A DNA stretch of 61,187 bases from Pirellulales bacterium (GTDB lineage Bacteria; Planctomycetota; Planctomycetia; Pirellulales; JAICIG01). How positions within the stretch are numbered: position 1 is the stretch's first letter; every line of letters begins with the position of its first letter. The notes under the pieces were generated by a model. It was not told where the DNA came from. It saw nothing but the letters and a program-made list of their open reading frames with translations, and made no database searches. Positions 44,933-54,700 of the stretch are shown piece after piece. The stretch spans positions 1 to 61,187 of the forward strand of contig JBBDYJ010000006.1 of NCBI GenBank assembly GCA_040901675.1. Direction: 5' to 3'. The position numbers and the translations under genes are program-made.

Positions 44933-46542
44933 CCGGGTTGCAGCTTGCGCTCGAGCTCGGCCACACAATCGTCGGCCTTGACGCGCCATTGCTTGAGGGT
45001 ATCGCGGTCGCGGAACGTCACGGTGCCATCGGTGAGCGTCTGCCCGTCGACGGTGATGCAATAGGGGGTTCCCACTTCGTCCTGGCGGGCGTAGCGGCGT
45101 CCGACCGCCCCCTTTTCGTCGTAGAAGGCGTTGAAGCGGGCTTTCAATTGGCGATAAATCCGCTGGGCGACTTCGGGCATGCCGTCTTTTTTCACCAAGG
45201 GAAACACGGCCGCCTTGATCGGGGCCAGCCGCGGGTGCAACTTGAGGAAAACCCGCTCGCGAGGATTGCCCTTGTCGTCGGGGACCATGTCCTCCTGGTA
45301 GCTTTCGCAAAGGAAAGCCAAGGTGGCGCGGTCGGCGCCCGCTGCCGGCTCGATGACGTGGGGCAGGTACCGCTCGCGGGTCTCGTCGTCGAAGTACGAG
45401 AGGTCCTTGCCGCTCCCCCGATACCGCGGCTTGCCCTCGGCGTCTTTTTCGACGACGAGCTCGTTGCCCTGCCGCACGAGCTTGCCCTCCATGTGGCTGC
45501 GCAGGTCGAAGTCGCCACGATGGGCGATGCCTTCCAACTCGCCGTATTCGCCGGGCGGCAGAAAGGGAAAAGCGTACTCGATGTCGGCCGTCCCGCAGGA
45601 GTAGTGGCTCAGCTCGTCGGGATCGTGGTCACGCAGCCGCAGCCGCTGCCCGGCCAGGCCGAGATCGACGTACCACTGGTAGCGGCGATCGCGCCAGTAG
45701 CGGTACCACTCGGCCGACTGGCTGGGATGGCAGAAGAACTCCATTTCCATCTGTTCGAACTCGCGGGAGCGGAAGGTGAAATTCCGCGGCGTGATTTCGT
45801 TGCGGAAGCTCTTGCCGATCTGGGCAATGCCAAAAGGAATGCTGACGCGGGACGAGTCGAGCACGTTCTTGAAGTTGACAAAAATGCCCTGGGCCGTCTC
45901 GGGCCTCAGGAAGGCGGCTCCCTCTTCACCGCTCAGGGCGCCGACGTAGGTCTTGAACATCAGGTTGAATTCGCGGGGAGGCGTGAGCGTGCCGACCTGC
46001 CGCGCGTCGGGGCCGAGCACCTGGGACAGGTCCTCGACCTTGGTCAGACTGATCAGCTCGGACTGCCAATCGAGCTGCGCCGCATCCTTGGCGCGGAGAT
46101 TGAAGAACTTGAGCGCCTTCTGCTCGGTCTCGGCCAGGCCCTCGTCGCCGCCTGACTGGGTCGAGACGAAGATCCGCTGTCCCTTGGCCGACACCCAGCG
46201 GCCGCGGACCTGGTCGTGGCGATACCGCTTCTTCGATTCGCGGCAGTCGACCATAAAATCGTGGAACAGGTCGTAGTGACCGGAACACTTCCAGATCTGC
46301 GGGTGCATGATGATGGCCGAGTCGAGACCGGTCATCTGGTAGGCGGCCGGGGCCCCGGGGGGCGGCGCCAACTCGTCATGGCCGGTGACCATGTCGCGCC
46401 ACCAGCACTCCTTGATGTTCCGCTTGAGCTCGACGCCCAGCGGCCCGTAGTCCCAAAAGCCGTTCAGGCCGCCGTAGATTTCGCTCGATTGAAACAAGAA
46501 CCCCCGCCGCTTGCACAACGAGACCAGCTTTTCCATGTCCAT
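44929..46542 (-). CDS. glyQS: Glycine--tRNA ligase, alpha2 type
   Basis: SSEIYGG...DYGPLG, LRPETAQGIF, GKSFRNEI, REFEQMEMEFF and PHVIEP; anticodon-binding domain. Confidence 0.95.
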   Translation of the reverse strand: MDMEKLVSLCKRRGFLFQSSEIYGGLNGFWDYGPLGVELKRNIKECWWRDMVTGHDELAPPPGAPAAYQMTGLDSAIIMHPQIWKCSGHYDLFHDFMVDCRESKKRYRHDQVRGRWVSAKGQRIFVSTQSGGDEGLAETEQKALKFFNLRAKDAAQLDWQSELISLTKVEDLSQVLGPDARQVGTLTPPREFNLMFKTYVGALSGEEGAAFLRPETAQGIFVNFKNVLDSSRVSIPFGIAQIGKSFRNEITPRNFTFRSREFEQMEMEFFCHPSQSAEWYRYWRDRRYQWYVDLGLAGQRLRLRDHDPDELSHYSCGTADIEYAFPFLPPGEYGELEGIAHRGDFDLRSHMEGKLVRQGNELVVEKDAEGKPRYRGSGKDLSYFDDETRERYLPHVIEPAAGADRATLAFLCESYQEDMVPDDKGNPRERVFLKLHPRLAPIKAAVFPLVKKDGMPEVAQRIYRQLKARFNAFYDEKGAVGRRYARQDEVGTPYCITVDGQTLTDGTVTFRDRDTLKQWRVKADDCVAELERKLQPG

Positions 46543-46646
46543 GACGGGCGATCCGGTGATTCCGGGTTGTGTGTCGAGCCGCCTCACGTCCCGGTGCGCC
46601 GGGATGAGGGCCACTTTGAACGGTTGAGTGGTGAAGAATCGGCAGT

Positions 46647-47486
46647 TTACCGCCCGGCGGGGCGTGTGGTCCATGGGCCGCCTCGATCGGCCGCGACAAT
46701 GCTCCCGCGCTGGCTGTCGAGTCGGCCGACGATCGAGAAGCGGTCGATGCGGGCCGCCACGTCGATGTCGCCGGACAGTCCGATTTCAGAGAGGTCGCGG
46801 CCGCCCTGGGTCTGCCGCAATTGGGCGGCCAATGCGGCCGGATCGACCGGCTGGCGTTGTGATGGGCCGGGCGATTGGGCGGAGGTCAGCAGCTCCCAGG
46901 CGTCCAGGGCCATGCGGGCCGAATCGTTCATCGCAACGGCCGTCGCGGGAGATGGCTGCTGCGTGCCGCGGCCGCGCTGGTGCAGCCACCGCTGGGCCAG
47001 GCAGCCCGCCGCAAGCACGTCGTCGCGCGAGATCCGGCCGCGTGTTCCGGCGCAGAGAATATCGACCGCCGATTCGTCCCGGATCGCCTCCGCCACCGCC
47101 GCTGCGTTGACAAAGCCGGCGACGAGCACGCGCCTCGCGGTACGGCAGATTTCGAGTGCTTTGGTGCCGTTGGTGGTGGTCAGCACGACGGTCTTGTCCG
47201 CGACCACGCGAGGCGAGTACTCCTCCGGCGAGTTGCCCAGATCAAAGCCCTCGATCGGCAAGCCTCCGCGTTCACCTCCCAAGACCACCCGGCCCGGTGC
47301 GAATCCCGAAGCGGTCCGCCTGGCATCCTCCACTTCGAGGCAGGGGATCACCTCGAGCGCGCCGGCCGCCAGGGCGTGGATGATGGTGGTGGTTGCCCGC
47401 AGCACGTCGACAACAACGACGACCTTGCCGGCCAGGTCGGCGGCGGTGGTCAGGCCGGGAAGGAGGTGGACGGTCAAGGAGTCCAT
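46647..47486 (-). CDS. comB: 2-phosphosulfolactate phosphatase family protein
   Basis: VVDVLRATTT, GGERGG, FDLGNSP and TTTNGT motifs. Confidence 0.9.
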   Translation of the reverse strand: MDSLTVHLLPGLTTAADLAGKVVVVVDVLRATTTIIHALAAGALEVIPCLEVEDARRTASGFAPGRVVLGGERGGLPIEGFDLGNSPEEYSPRVVADKTVVLTTTNGTKALEICRTARRVLVAGFVNAAAVAEAIRDESAVDILCAGTRGRISRDDVLAAGCLAQRWLHQRGRGTQQPSPATAVAMNDSARMALDAWELLTSAQSPGPSQRQPVDPAALAAQLRQTQGGRDLSEIGLSGDIDVAARIDRFSIVGRLDSQRGSIVAADRGGPWTTRPAGR

Positions 47487-47754
47487 TGCAAAGGGAGAAG
47501 GAGGGGGTCAGAAAGCAGAAGGCAGAAGGAGGAAGGAGGAAGGAGGAGTAAGACGACGGGGGTGCATCGAGCCCGACTGGCTGCATTCTAGTCGGCTGCT
47601 GCCGTGATGCGGTAGCCGCAAAAGGCGGGCCGGATAGAATCTGCTTGTCTCGATCGCGTGTGCCCGGAAACACCCGCTGGAGACGGTTAAGCTTGGGGCC
47701 GCGCCGGCGGTCAAGCTGGTAGGAAGGTATCGGGGCGGAAGGCGCTCAAGCAAC

Positions 47755-48465
47755 ATGTCGCTGGACAAATCCGAGAATCGCGTTCGGCGGATGTTCGGCG
47801 AGATTGCCGGCCGGTACGACTTTCTCAACCACTTGCTGTCGCTGAACGTGGACCGCTACTGGCGTTGGCACACCGTCCGGCGGGTGCCGCCTGCGGGAGG
47901 GGGCCCGATTCTGGACCTTTGCACGGGCACCGGCGACCTGGCCCTGGCGTATATGCGGGCGGGCGGGGGTGAGACACGCGTTGTAGGAGCCGACTTTTGC
48001 CATCCGATGCTGGTCATTGCCGAAGCCAAGCGGCGGCGGGCCGCGTCCAATGGGCAGCTTGCCTTCGTGGAAGCCGACGCGCAGCGGCTGCCGTTCCCGG
48101 ACGATCGATTTGCCGTCGTCTCGATCGCCTTTGGGCTGCGCAACGTGACCGACACGGACCAGGGGCTGCGGGAAATGACGCGCGTCTGCCAGCCGGGCGG
48201 CAAGGTGGCGGTGCTGGAGTTCTCGTTGCCCAGGTGGCAGCCGTTTCGGGCCCTTTACGGGTGGTACTTCAACCGGGTGCTGCCGCGGATCGGTCAGGCG
48301 TTGGCACGCAACCGGCACGATGCTTACAATTACCTTCCCGCCAGTGTCGGCGACTTTCCATCGGGCGAAGCTCTTGCCGGGCGAATGCGAGCGGCAGGTC
48401 TGCGGCAGGTGACCTGGCAACCGCTGACGCTGGGCGTGGCAACTCTGTACATAGGCACCAAATGA
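47755..48465 (+). CDS. ubiE: Demethylmenaquinone methyltransferase (UbiE/MenG)
   Basis: MFGEIAGRYDFLN, LDLCTGTGD, FGLRNV and YNYLP.S. Confidence 0.93.
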   Translation: MSLDKSENRVRRMFGEIAGRYDFLNHLLSLNVDRYWRWHTVRRVPPAGGGPILDLCTGTGDLALAYMRAGGGETRVVGADFCHPMLVIAEAKRRRAASNGQLAFVEADAQRLPFPDDRFAVVSIAFGLRNVTDTDQGLREMTRVCQPGGKVAVLEFSLPRWQPFRALYGWYFNRVLPRIGQALARNRHDAYNYLPASVGDFPSGEALAGRMRAAGLRQVTWQPLTLGVATLYIGTK

Positions 48466-49148
48466 AAGCCGACTTTGTGCTCGGGCTGACCGGTGCCAGC
48501 GGAGCCATCTACGCGCTGCGGCTGCTGGACGTGCTTTGTCGGGGCGGGGCCAGGGTGCAGCTTTCGATCAGCCCGGCCGGCCAGCAGGTCCTGGAGCAGG
48601 AGCTGGGACTGGCCGTCGACCTGGACAACTTTTCGTTGGACAGCCTGCTGGGCAGGGAGTTGCCGGGTGGGCAGCGCGGATCGGCCGGCTCTCAGCGGTG
48701 GCTGCTCGGCGAGGTGCTCGGCGGCCGGGCAACGGAAGCAGCCGCTCGCCGGCAGCCGCCCGACGTGCGATACCACCATTACCGCGACCTGTTTGCACCG
48801 ATCGCCAGCGGGTCTTCGCTCACCGCGGGGATGATCGTCTGCCCCTGCTCGGGCGGCACGCTCAGCGCGATTGCCCATGGAGCTTCCACCAACCTGATCC
48901 ATCGGGCCGCCGACGTGCACCTGAAGGAAGGCCGCAAGCTGGTGTTGGTGCCCAGGGAAGCGCCTTTGTCGCTGGTGATGCTGGAGAACATGCGTCGGTG
49001 CGTGGAGGCCGGGGCGGTGGTGCTGCCGGCGATGCCCGGTTTCTATCACGGGGTGGAGTCGGTGCGCGACCTGATCGATTTCGTGGTGGCTCGGATCTGC
49101 GACCAGTTGGGTTTCGAGCACCGGTTGATGCGGCGTTGGGGGGAATGA
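48462..49148 (+). CDS. ubiX: Flavin prenyltransferase
   Basis: GLTGASG.IY, IASGS, RAADVHLKE.R.LVLVPRE and PAMPGFY; ATGA overlap with ubiE. Confidence 0.92.
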   Translation: MKADFVLGLTGASGAIYALRLLDVLCRGGARVQLSISPAGQQVLEQELGLAVDLDNFSLDSLLGRELPGGQRGSAGSQRWLLGEVLGGRATEAAARRQPPDVRYHHYRDLFAPIASGSSLTAGMIVCPCSGGTLSAIAHGASTNLIHRAADVHLKEGRKLVLVPREAPLSLVMLENMRRCVEAGAVVLPAMPGFYHGVESVRDLIDFVVARICDQLGFEHRLMRRWGE

Positions 49149-49151
49149 GCC

Positions 49152-50030
49152 GTGCTGGGCAAGGTTCGACTGATCCTGCAGATGATCCGCTTCAGCCACA
49201 CGCTGTTCGCGCTGCCATTCGCGCTGTTGGCGGCGGTGATGGCGGTGAGCACCCAATCGACGCCGGCGGCCCCGTTCGGCTGGCGGCAATGGACCGGCAT
49301 CCTGCTGTGCATGGTCTTCGCCCGCAGCGCGGCGATGGCCTTCAACCGGCTGGTGGACCGCGAGCTGGACGCCCTGAACCCGCGGACCGCCGGCCGGCAC
49401 CTTCCGGCCGGTCTGATCAGCGAGCGGAGCGTGGGCCTGTTCGCCGCCACCTGTTCGCTCGGTTTCGTGGCTTCCACGCTGTTGTTCTGGCCGAACTGGT
49501 GGCCGCTATACCTGGCGGTTCCGGTGCTGGCGTTCCTGCTGGGCTACAGTTATGCGAAGCGATTTACGCTGTTGTCGCACTTCTGGCTCGGCGCGGCCTT
49601 GATGCTGGCCCCCATCGCGACGTGGATTGCCCTGCGGGGCGAGCTCGATTGGCCGCCCGTGATCCTGGGGGCGGCGGTGCTGATGTGGGTGGCCGGCTTC
49701 GACATGATTTATGCTTGCCAGGACGCGGGTTTTGATTCCGCCGCCGGACTGAAGAGCGTCCCCGCGCGGTGGGGCGTGGGGCCGGCCTTGCAGTTGGCCG
49801 CGGCCTGCCACCTGGTGATGATCGGGCTGTTGTTGGCCTTGCCCTGGTTTGTGGATGCGTTGGGCGCCATCTACACTGTGGGCATCGTAGCGGTGGCTGC
49901 CCTGCTGGCTTACGAGCACTGGCTGGTCCGGCCCGACGACCTGACCAGGGTGAACGTGGCGTTCTTCCAGGTGAACGCCGTGGTGAGTTTGGGGTTGTTC
50001 GTGGTGGGGTCGGTCGATTTGCTGACGTGA
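49152..50030 (+). CDS. mqnP: UbiA-family prenyltransferase (MqnP-type)
   Basis: FSHTLFALPF, AMAFNRLVDRELDALNPRT, YSYAKRFT and FDMIYACQD. Confidence 0.85.
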   Translation: MLGKVRLILQMIRFSHTLFALPFALLAAVMAVSTQSTPAAPFGWRQWTGILLCMVFARSAAMAFNRLVDRELDALNPRTAGRHLPAGLISERSVGLFAATCSLGFVASTLLFWPNWWPLYLAVPVLAFLLGYSYAKRFTLLSHFWLGAALMLAPIATWIALRGELDWPPVILGAAVLMWVAGFDMIYACQDAGFDSAAGLKSVPARWGVGPALQLAAACHLVMIGLLLALPWFVDALGAIYTVGIVAVAALLAYEHWLVRPDDLTRVNVAFFQVNAVVSLGLFVVGSVDLLT

Positions 50031-50062
50031 AAGGCAACCGGATTGTCGGTGCAGGTGTTTTC

Positions 50063-51199
50063 ATGATTCAAAGTTCGAAGCCGTCGCTGGAGTCGATCCG
50101 CGAGAAGGTGCTCGCGTGCGAGCGCCTGACGTTCGACGAGGGGCTGTACCTGTACGGCGACCAGGTCCATTTGCACGACCTGGGCCAACTGGCCAACCTG
50201 GTCCGCGAGCGGAAGAACGGCAACGCGGCCTACTACAACATCAATACGCATCTCAATCCCACGAACGTCTGCGTTTACCGCTGCACGTTCTGCGCGTTCC
50301 GTTCGGATCTGCGCGATCCGAAAGGCTACTGGATGACCGACGAGCAGATCCTTGAGCGTGGCCGCGAAGCGGTGGAAAGCGGCTGCACCGAGATGCACAT
50401 CGTGGGCGGGCTGCACCACCAGAAGAAGTTCGACTGGTACCTGAATATCATCCGGATTCTGCACCAGGCATATCCGAGCCTGCACTTGAAGGGCTGGACG
50501 GCGGTCGAGATCAATTGGTTTGAGCATCTGACGGGACGGCCGGTGCGCGAGATTCTCCAAGAGTTGATCGAGGCGGGCCTGGGGAGCATGCCGGGCGGCG
50601 GGGCCGAGATCTTCCACCCGCAGGTCCGTGACCAGATTTGCGAACACAAGGCCGATGCGCGCAACTGGCTGGACATCCACCGGACGGCGCACCAGTTGGG
50701 GCTGCGCACCAACTGCACCATGTTGTACGGACACATCGAAAGCCCGTACCACCGCATCGACCACCTGGTGCGGCTGCGCGAGCTGCAGGATGAAACGGGC
50801 GGCTTCCAGACGTTCATTCCGCTGGCCTTTCACCCGGAGAACACGGGCCTGAGCCATCTGACCCGTGCATCGAGTCTTCTCGATCTGCGGACGATGGCGG
50901 TCAGCCGCCTGATGCTCGACAACATCCCGCATCTGAAGGCGTATTGGGTGATGCTGGGATTGGGGACCGCGCAGGCCTCGCTTTGGTACGGCGCGGACGA
51001 CCTGGACGGGACGGTCCGCCACGAGCTGATCTACCACGACGCCGGCGCCGACACGCCGCAGATTCTGCCGGTGGACGAGATCCGCCGGCTGATGACCGAG
51101 GCCGGCCGTGAGCCGGTGGAACGCGACACGCTTTATCGCAGAGTGCAGCGCGACGGCAACCGCTGGAGCGCCGCGGAGCCGATTTCGGCCGGCGGTTGA
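50063..51199 (+). CDS. mqnE: Aminofutalosine synthase (radical SAM)
   Basis: NPTNVCVYRCTFCAF CX3CX2C, HIVGGLH, MPGGGAEIF, TMLYGHIE and HLKAYW; menaquinone operon context. Confidence 0.87.
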   Translation: MIQSSKPSLESIREKVLACERLTFDEGLYLYGDQVHLHDLGQLANLVRERKNGNAAYYNINTHLNPTNVCVYRCTFCAFRSDLRDPKGYWMTDEQILERGREAVESGCTEMHIVGGLHHQKKFDWYLNIIRILHQAYPSLHLKGWTAVEINWFEHLTGRPVREILQELIEAGLGSMPGGGAEIFHPQVRDQICEHKADARNWLDIHRTAHQLGLRTNCTMLYGHIESPYHRIDHLVRLRELQDETGGFQTFIPLAFHPENTGLSHLTRASSLLDLRTMAVSRLMLDNIPHLKAYWVMLGLGTAQASLWYGADDLDGTVRHELIYHDAGADTPQILPVDEIRRLMTEAGREPVERDTLYRRVQRDGNRWSAAEPISAGG

Positions 51200-51249
51200 T
51201 CGGCGATCGATTCGTTGTTACGCGAGTCCCGCGCGGGGCCATGCGGCTT

Positions 51250-51534
51250 CTATCGCCCAAGCCAGCGGATGGCCAGGATGGCCAAGGAGGCCAGCACGAC
51301 CGCGCCGAGCAGCCGAACGTGCGGCAAGACGTAGCAGTCGATGTCGAACCGCTTGTCGAGGCAGGCAAGCAGCTTGTTCGTGTCGACCCACTGGCTGCCC
51401 TGGGTTGCCAGGATCCTGAACCAGCGAGGGCTGATCACGGCGATCAGGCCGAGCAGCCCGGAGATAGCCAAGAGCGACCAGAGCGCGGGCTTGAGCAGCT
51501 CCAGTTGCGCGGCGACAAGTAAACAGACCGACAT
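51250..51534 (-). CDS. Small hypothetical membrane protein
   Basis: Two hydrophobic segments; GGAGG upstream. Confidence 0.6.
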   Translation of the reverse strand: MSVCLLVAAQLELLKPALWSLLAISGLLGLIAVISPRWFRILATQGSQWVDTNKLLACLDKRFDIDCYVLPHVRLLGAVVLASLAILAIRWLGR

Positions 51535-51632
51535 GGCGGGTCAGCCTCCACCAAGCACCTTCGACGGGCTGAAGTGGCCGCGTAAGCCACTTCAATCCAA
51601 ACCCTAGGTCGTCCAACGGGGGGTGTCAAACG

Positions 51633-53591
51633 TTACACGGCGCAGGCGGCGACGGTACGGGTGTTGGAACCATTCAGCCGGGCCGCCTCGAGCACCTGGG
51701 GAAACGGCACCGCTGCCAGGGCCCCGTAGAGCGGGTTGGAGGTAAGCTTGGCCGCTCGCAGCCGTGGGGACGAAAGTCCGCAAACGAAGCGGGCAAACGA
51801 CCGCGGATCCGAGAGGGCGTCTGCTTCCTGCTGGCGCAGGGCGGAGGCTTGCCGCCAGACGGCCTGGTTGATCGCCGGGGCGCCGCGGGCAAGGAGACGT
51901 GCCGGGCGCCCGCCATCCAGGCAGCCGCCGCAGTGGCCGCATCGCTTGCCAAGCCGCTCACCGAAGTGCTCCGCCAGGCGGGCCGTCTGGCAACCCTTGT
52001 GGGCCGCCAACTCGAGCACCTGGCGGAGCCGGGCCAGCTCGGAGGCCTCGCGGGCCACTAACCGGCGGTGCAAGCTCTCGGCCACCTGGCCGGCATCGTG
52101 GTCGCGCCTGAGCCGTTGGAAGCGGTGGCGGAGTCCCTCGGCCTTGACCTCCATGAGCTTCTTCTCGGCCAGGTAGTCCAAGGCCTTCAGCAGCCGATCG
52201 CGCCGAGAGCCGATCTGGCGGGCGGCCGCTTCCAGGTCGATGTGAAACCAGGTCTTGGCCTTCTGGGCCTGGCGGAACATGGCCGCCAGGAGATCGCGCC
52301 GCTCTCCTTCGAAACGAGCGAGGATCTCCGCGGAGGGGACCAGCGGCTGAAACCGGTAGCGGGAATAGTAAGGAGCCCGCGGCTGGATGTAACCGTCGAG
52401 TTCCAGGTAGGTCGAGAGGGTCTCGAGGACGAGGCTGCGGATGTCGTGGCGGACCGACATCTCGTAGAGGCTGACGTCGAACTCGTCGCCCAGCGAGAAC
52501 ATCTCGTCGACGAAGCCCCGCACGGCGTCGATCGACGCGGTGTCGCCGTAGGCGAAGTTCTCCAGCGCATTGAGATCGTCCGGGCAGACGAACATCTCGC
52601 AATGGGAGGCGAGGCCGTCGCGGCCCGCGCGTCCGACCTCCTGCGAGTAGTTCTCGAGGCTCTTGGGCAGGTTGTAATGGTAGATGTAGCGGACATCGGG
52701 CTTGTCGATGCCCATTCCGAATGCGATCGTGCAGACGACAATAGGGGCCTTGGACGTGAGAAACCAGTCCTGGACGGCCGCGCGATCGGCCCCTTCCAGG
52801 CCCGCATGGTAGGCCTTGGCCGCAAAGCCGGCGGCCGCCAGGTTCTTGGCCACGGTCTCGGCGGTGCGCTGCAAGGTCACGTAGACGATGGTGGCGCCCG
52901 GGGGAGAATCGCCGAGCCGCTGCCGCAGCAGCGCGTCGCGCTTCGCGTCGGCGACGGGCGTCGTCCGCAACGTCAGGTTGGGCCGATAGAAGCCCGTCCG
53001 GACGGCACAGCCGGCTTCGATGCCGAACTCCCGGCAGATGTCTTCGAGCACGGCGGGAGTGGCGGTGGCGGTGAGCGCCAAGACCCGTTCGGCGCCAAAG
53101 GCCTTGCTGTAGCGAACCAGCTTCAAATAGTCGGGCCGGAAGGCGTGCCCCCATTCCGAGATGCAATGCGCCTCGTCGACCGCGAACAACGACACGCGCG
53201 TGTGCTGGAGCATGCCGCGGAACCGCTCGCTCTGGAAGCGTTCGGGCGCCACGTACAACAGGCGCAGGCGTCCGCCGCGGATGGCCTGAGTGACCGACGA
53301 GAACTCCTCGGCGGTTTGAGTCGAGTCGAGCCGATCGGCCGCAATGCCGCGGCGCGTCAAGGCGTCGATCTGGTCCTTCATCAAGGCGATCAGCGGCGAA
53401 ACCACAATCGTCAGGCCCGGCAGGAGCAGGGCCGGCACTTGAAAGCAGAGCGACTTGCCCCCACCGGTGGGAAAGACGGCCGCCGCGGAGCGGCCCGCCA
53501 GGAGGTGCGAGATAACCTCAGCCTGGCCCGGCCTGAAGGCCTCGAAACCAAACTGCCGACGCAAGACTTCGTGAGCCGCTTCGAGTGACAT
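51633..53591 (-). CDS. recQ: RecQ-family ATP-dependent DNA helicase
   Basis: PTGGGKSLC, DEAHCISEWGH.FRP.Y, AFGMGIDK, QEVGRAGRDG and zinc motif CGHCGGC. Confidence 0.92.
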   Translation of the reverse strand: MSLEAAHEVLRRQFGFEAFRPGQAEVISHLLAGRSAAAVFPTGGGKSLCFQVPALLLPGLTIVVSPLIALMKDQIDALTRRGIAADRLDSTQTAEEFSSVTQAIRGGRLRLLYVAPERFQSERFRGMLQHTRVSLFAVDEAHCISEWGHAFRPDYLKLVRYSKAFGAERVLALTATATPAVLEDICREFGIEAGCAVRTGFYRPNLTLRTTPVADAKRDALLRQRLGDSPPGATIVYVTLQRTAETVAKNLAAAGFAAKAYHAGLEGADRAAVQDWFLTSKAPIVVCTIAFGMGIDKPDVRYIYHYNLPKSLENYSQEVGRAGRDGLASHCEMFVCPDDLNALENFAYGDTASIDAVRGFVDEMFSLGDEFDVSLYEMSVRHDIRSLVLETLSTYLELDGYIQPRAPYYSRYRFQPLVPSAEILARFEGERRDLLAAMFRQAQKAKTWFHIDLEAAARQIGSRRDRLLKALDYLAEKKLMEVKAEGLRHRFQRLRRDHDAGQVAESLHRRLVAREASELARLRQVLELAAHKGCQTARLAEHFGERLGKRCGHCGGCLDGGRPARLLARGAPAINQAVWRQASALRQQEADALSDPRSFARFVCGLSSPRLRAAKLTSNPLYGALAAVPFPQVLEAARLNGSNTRTVAACAV

Positions 53592-53685
53592 TGTGCACCT
53601 CTCAGGGTCGATCGGTAGGCGCGGTCCCCGCTGGTTTCACCCTTCCTTGGCCTGCCGGAGGCGGTCCCCAGCATTAGTGGACATA

Positions 53686-53713
53686 AGTATACATATCGGG
53701 CGGGCCGGTGCAA
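53686..53713 (-). promoter_or_regulatory. Putative recQ promoter
   Basis: TTGCAC - 16 nt - TATACT on the minus strand. Confidence 0.5.
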
Positions 53714-53770
53714 GCAGATTTTTTTCTTTTTCTGCGGAGGGGAGGATTGGGGCTGAAGTCCACGGACAGG

Positions 53771-53814
53771 GACCCCATGAATGGGGTCACTACGAACATG
53801 AGTGGAGTCACTAC
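53771..53814 (-). repeat. REP-like family E, one full and one degenerate copy
   Basis: GACCCCATGAATGGGGTCACTAC at 53771-53793; CATGAGTGGAGTCACTAC at 53797-53814. Confidence 0.85.
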
Positions 53815-54353
53815 GAACGAGTGACTTGAGGTGCCGGTGGAGAGAGGCCCGCGGAGTGCAGGACGAGCCCGGCCAGCAGCGCGAACTGCCCGATCAGAGC
53901 GACCGGCATCCCGATCCGCCACAGGTCGTCGCGTGCGGCAACGACTCCCCAGGTCGAGAGCACCGACCCACAGGCCAGCGTGGCCAACCCGGCGGCCAGT
54001 CCGATCCAGGCCAGGAGCGTAACGAGCAGCCCCGGCCGGCATGGCGTGACGTGCGGTTTTGCCCCATCGGCCCTGAGACCTGTCGCAGGCAGCCCGGACG
54101 AGGCGCCGGCGGGTCCGGCCAGCACACGCTCGACGTGCCGCAACTGCTCTTCGAGCTCCCAGCCGTCGAGTTCCAAGAGCGGACTGGCGGTTGAAAAACC
54201 GTCCGCCGCCGGCTGGGAATCGCAGTCCGGGGTGGCTGCCTCACCTCGCAGCGGAGTGCCGCAACGCAGGCAGCAAAGGGGCGTCTCGGCGCCGGCAGAG
54301 GGCTTCGGAGACGCAATTGCGGGCACGTCCTGGCGGCAGGTTGAACACCACAT
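53811..54353 (-). CDS. Hypothetical protein with an N-terminal zinc ribbon and two TM helices
   Basis: MWCSTC...CCLRCG and a C-terminal hydrophobic hairpin. Confidence 0.7.
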   Translation of the reverse strand: MWCSTCRQDVPAIASPKPSAGAETPLCCLRCGTPLRGEAATPDCDSQPAADGFSTASPLLELDGWELEEQLRHVERVLAGPAGASSGLPATGLRADGAKPHVTPCRPGLLVTLLAWIGLAAGLATLACGSVLSTWGVVAARDDLWRIGMPVALIGQFALLAGLVLHSAGLSPPAPQVTRS

Positions 54354-54361
54354 GCGTCAAG

Positions 54362-54700
54362 GATGAAGGCAGAAGGAGGAAGGAGGAATAGCAACGTCCG
54401 CACGAAGGAAATTGAAGATTGTGCCGCGGATAGGTGCGGCAAGAATTGGGACTGTACTGATGAATCGGCCAAGGGCGGCGGTGAGGATGAGGAAAAGGCG
54501 GGAGGCGGAGGGGGAGCGAGGGGGCGAGGGGGCGATGAGGAGATGAGGGGAAAGGGAGAAGGGGGGAAAGGGGGAGACGGACGAAGACTGGGGCACGCTA
54601 GCGCTTTGCCCCAGGCACCCGGCGGGGCAGGCTGGAGACTGGAGACTGGAGGCTGGAGGAAAACGGACGACGAAGACTGGGGCACGCTAGCGCTTTGCCC
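54362..54700. repeat. Purine-rich short-repeat tracts with two family A copies
   Basis: GAAGGNN, GATGAG and GGAGACT tracts; A at 54587-54620 and 54676-54700. Confidence 0.75.
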
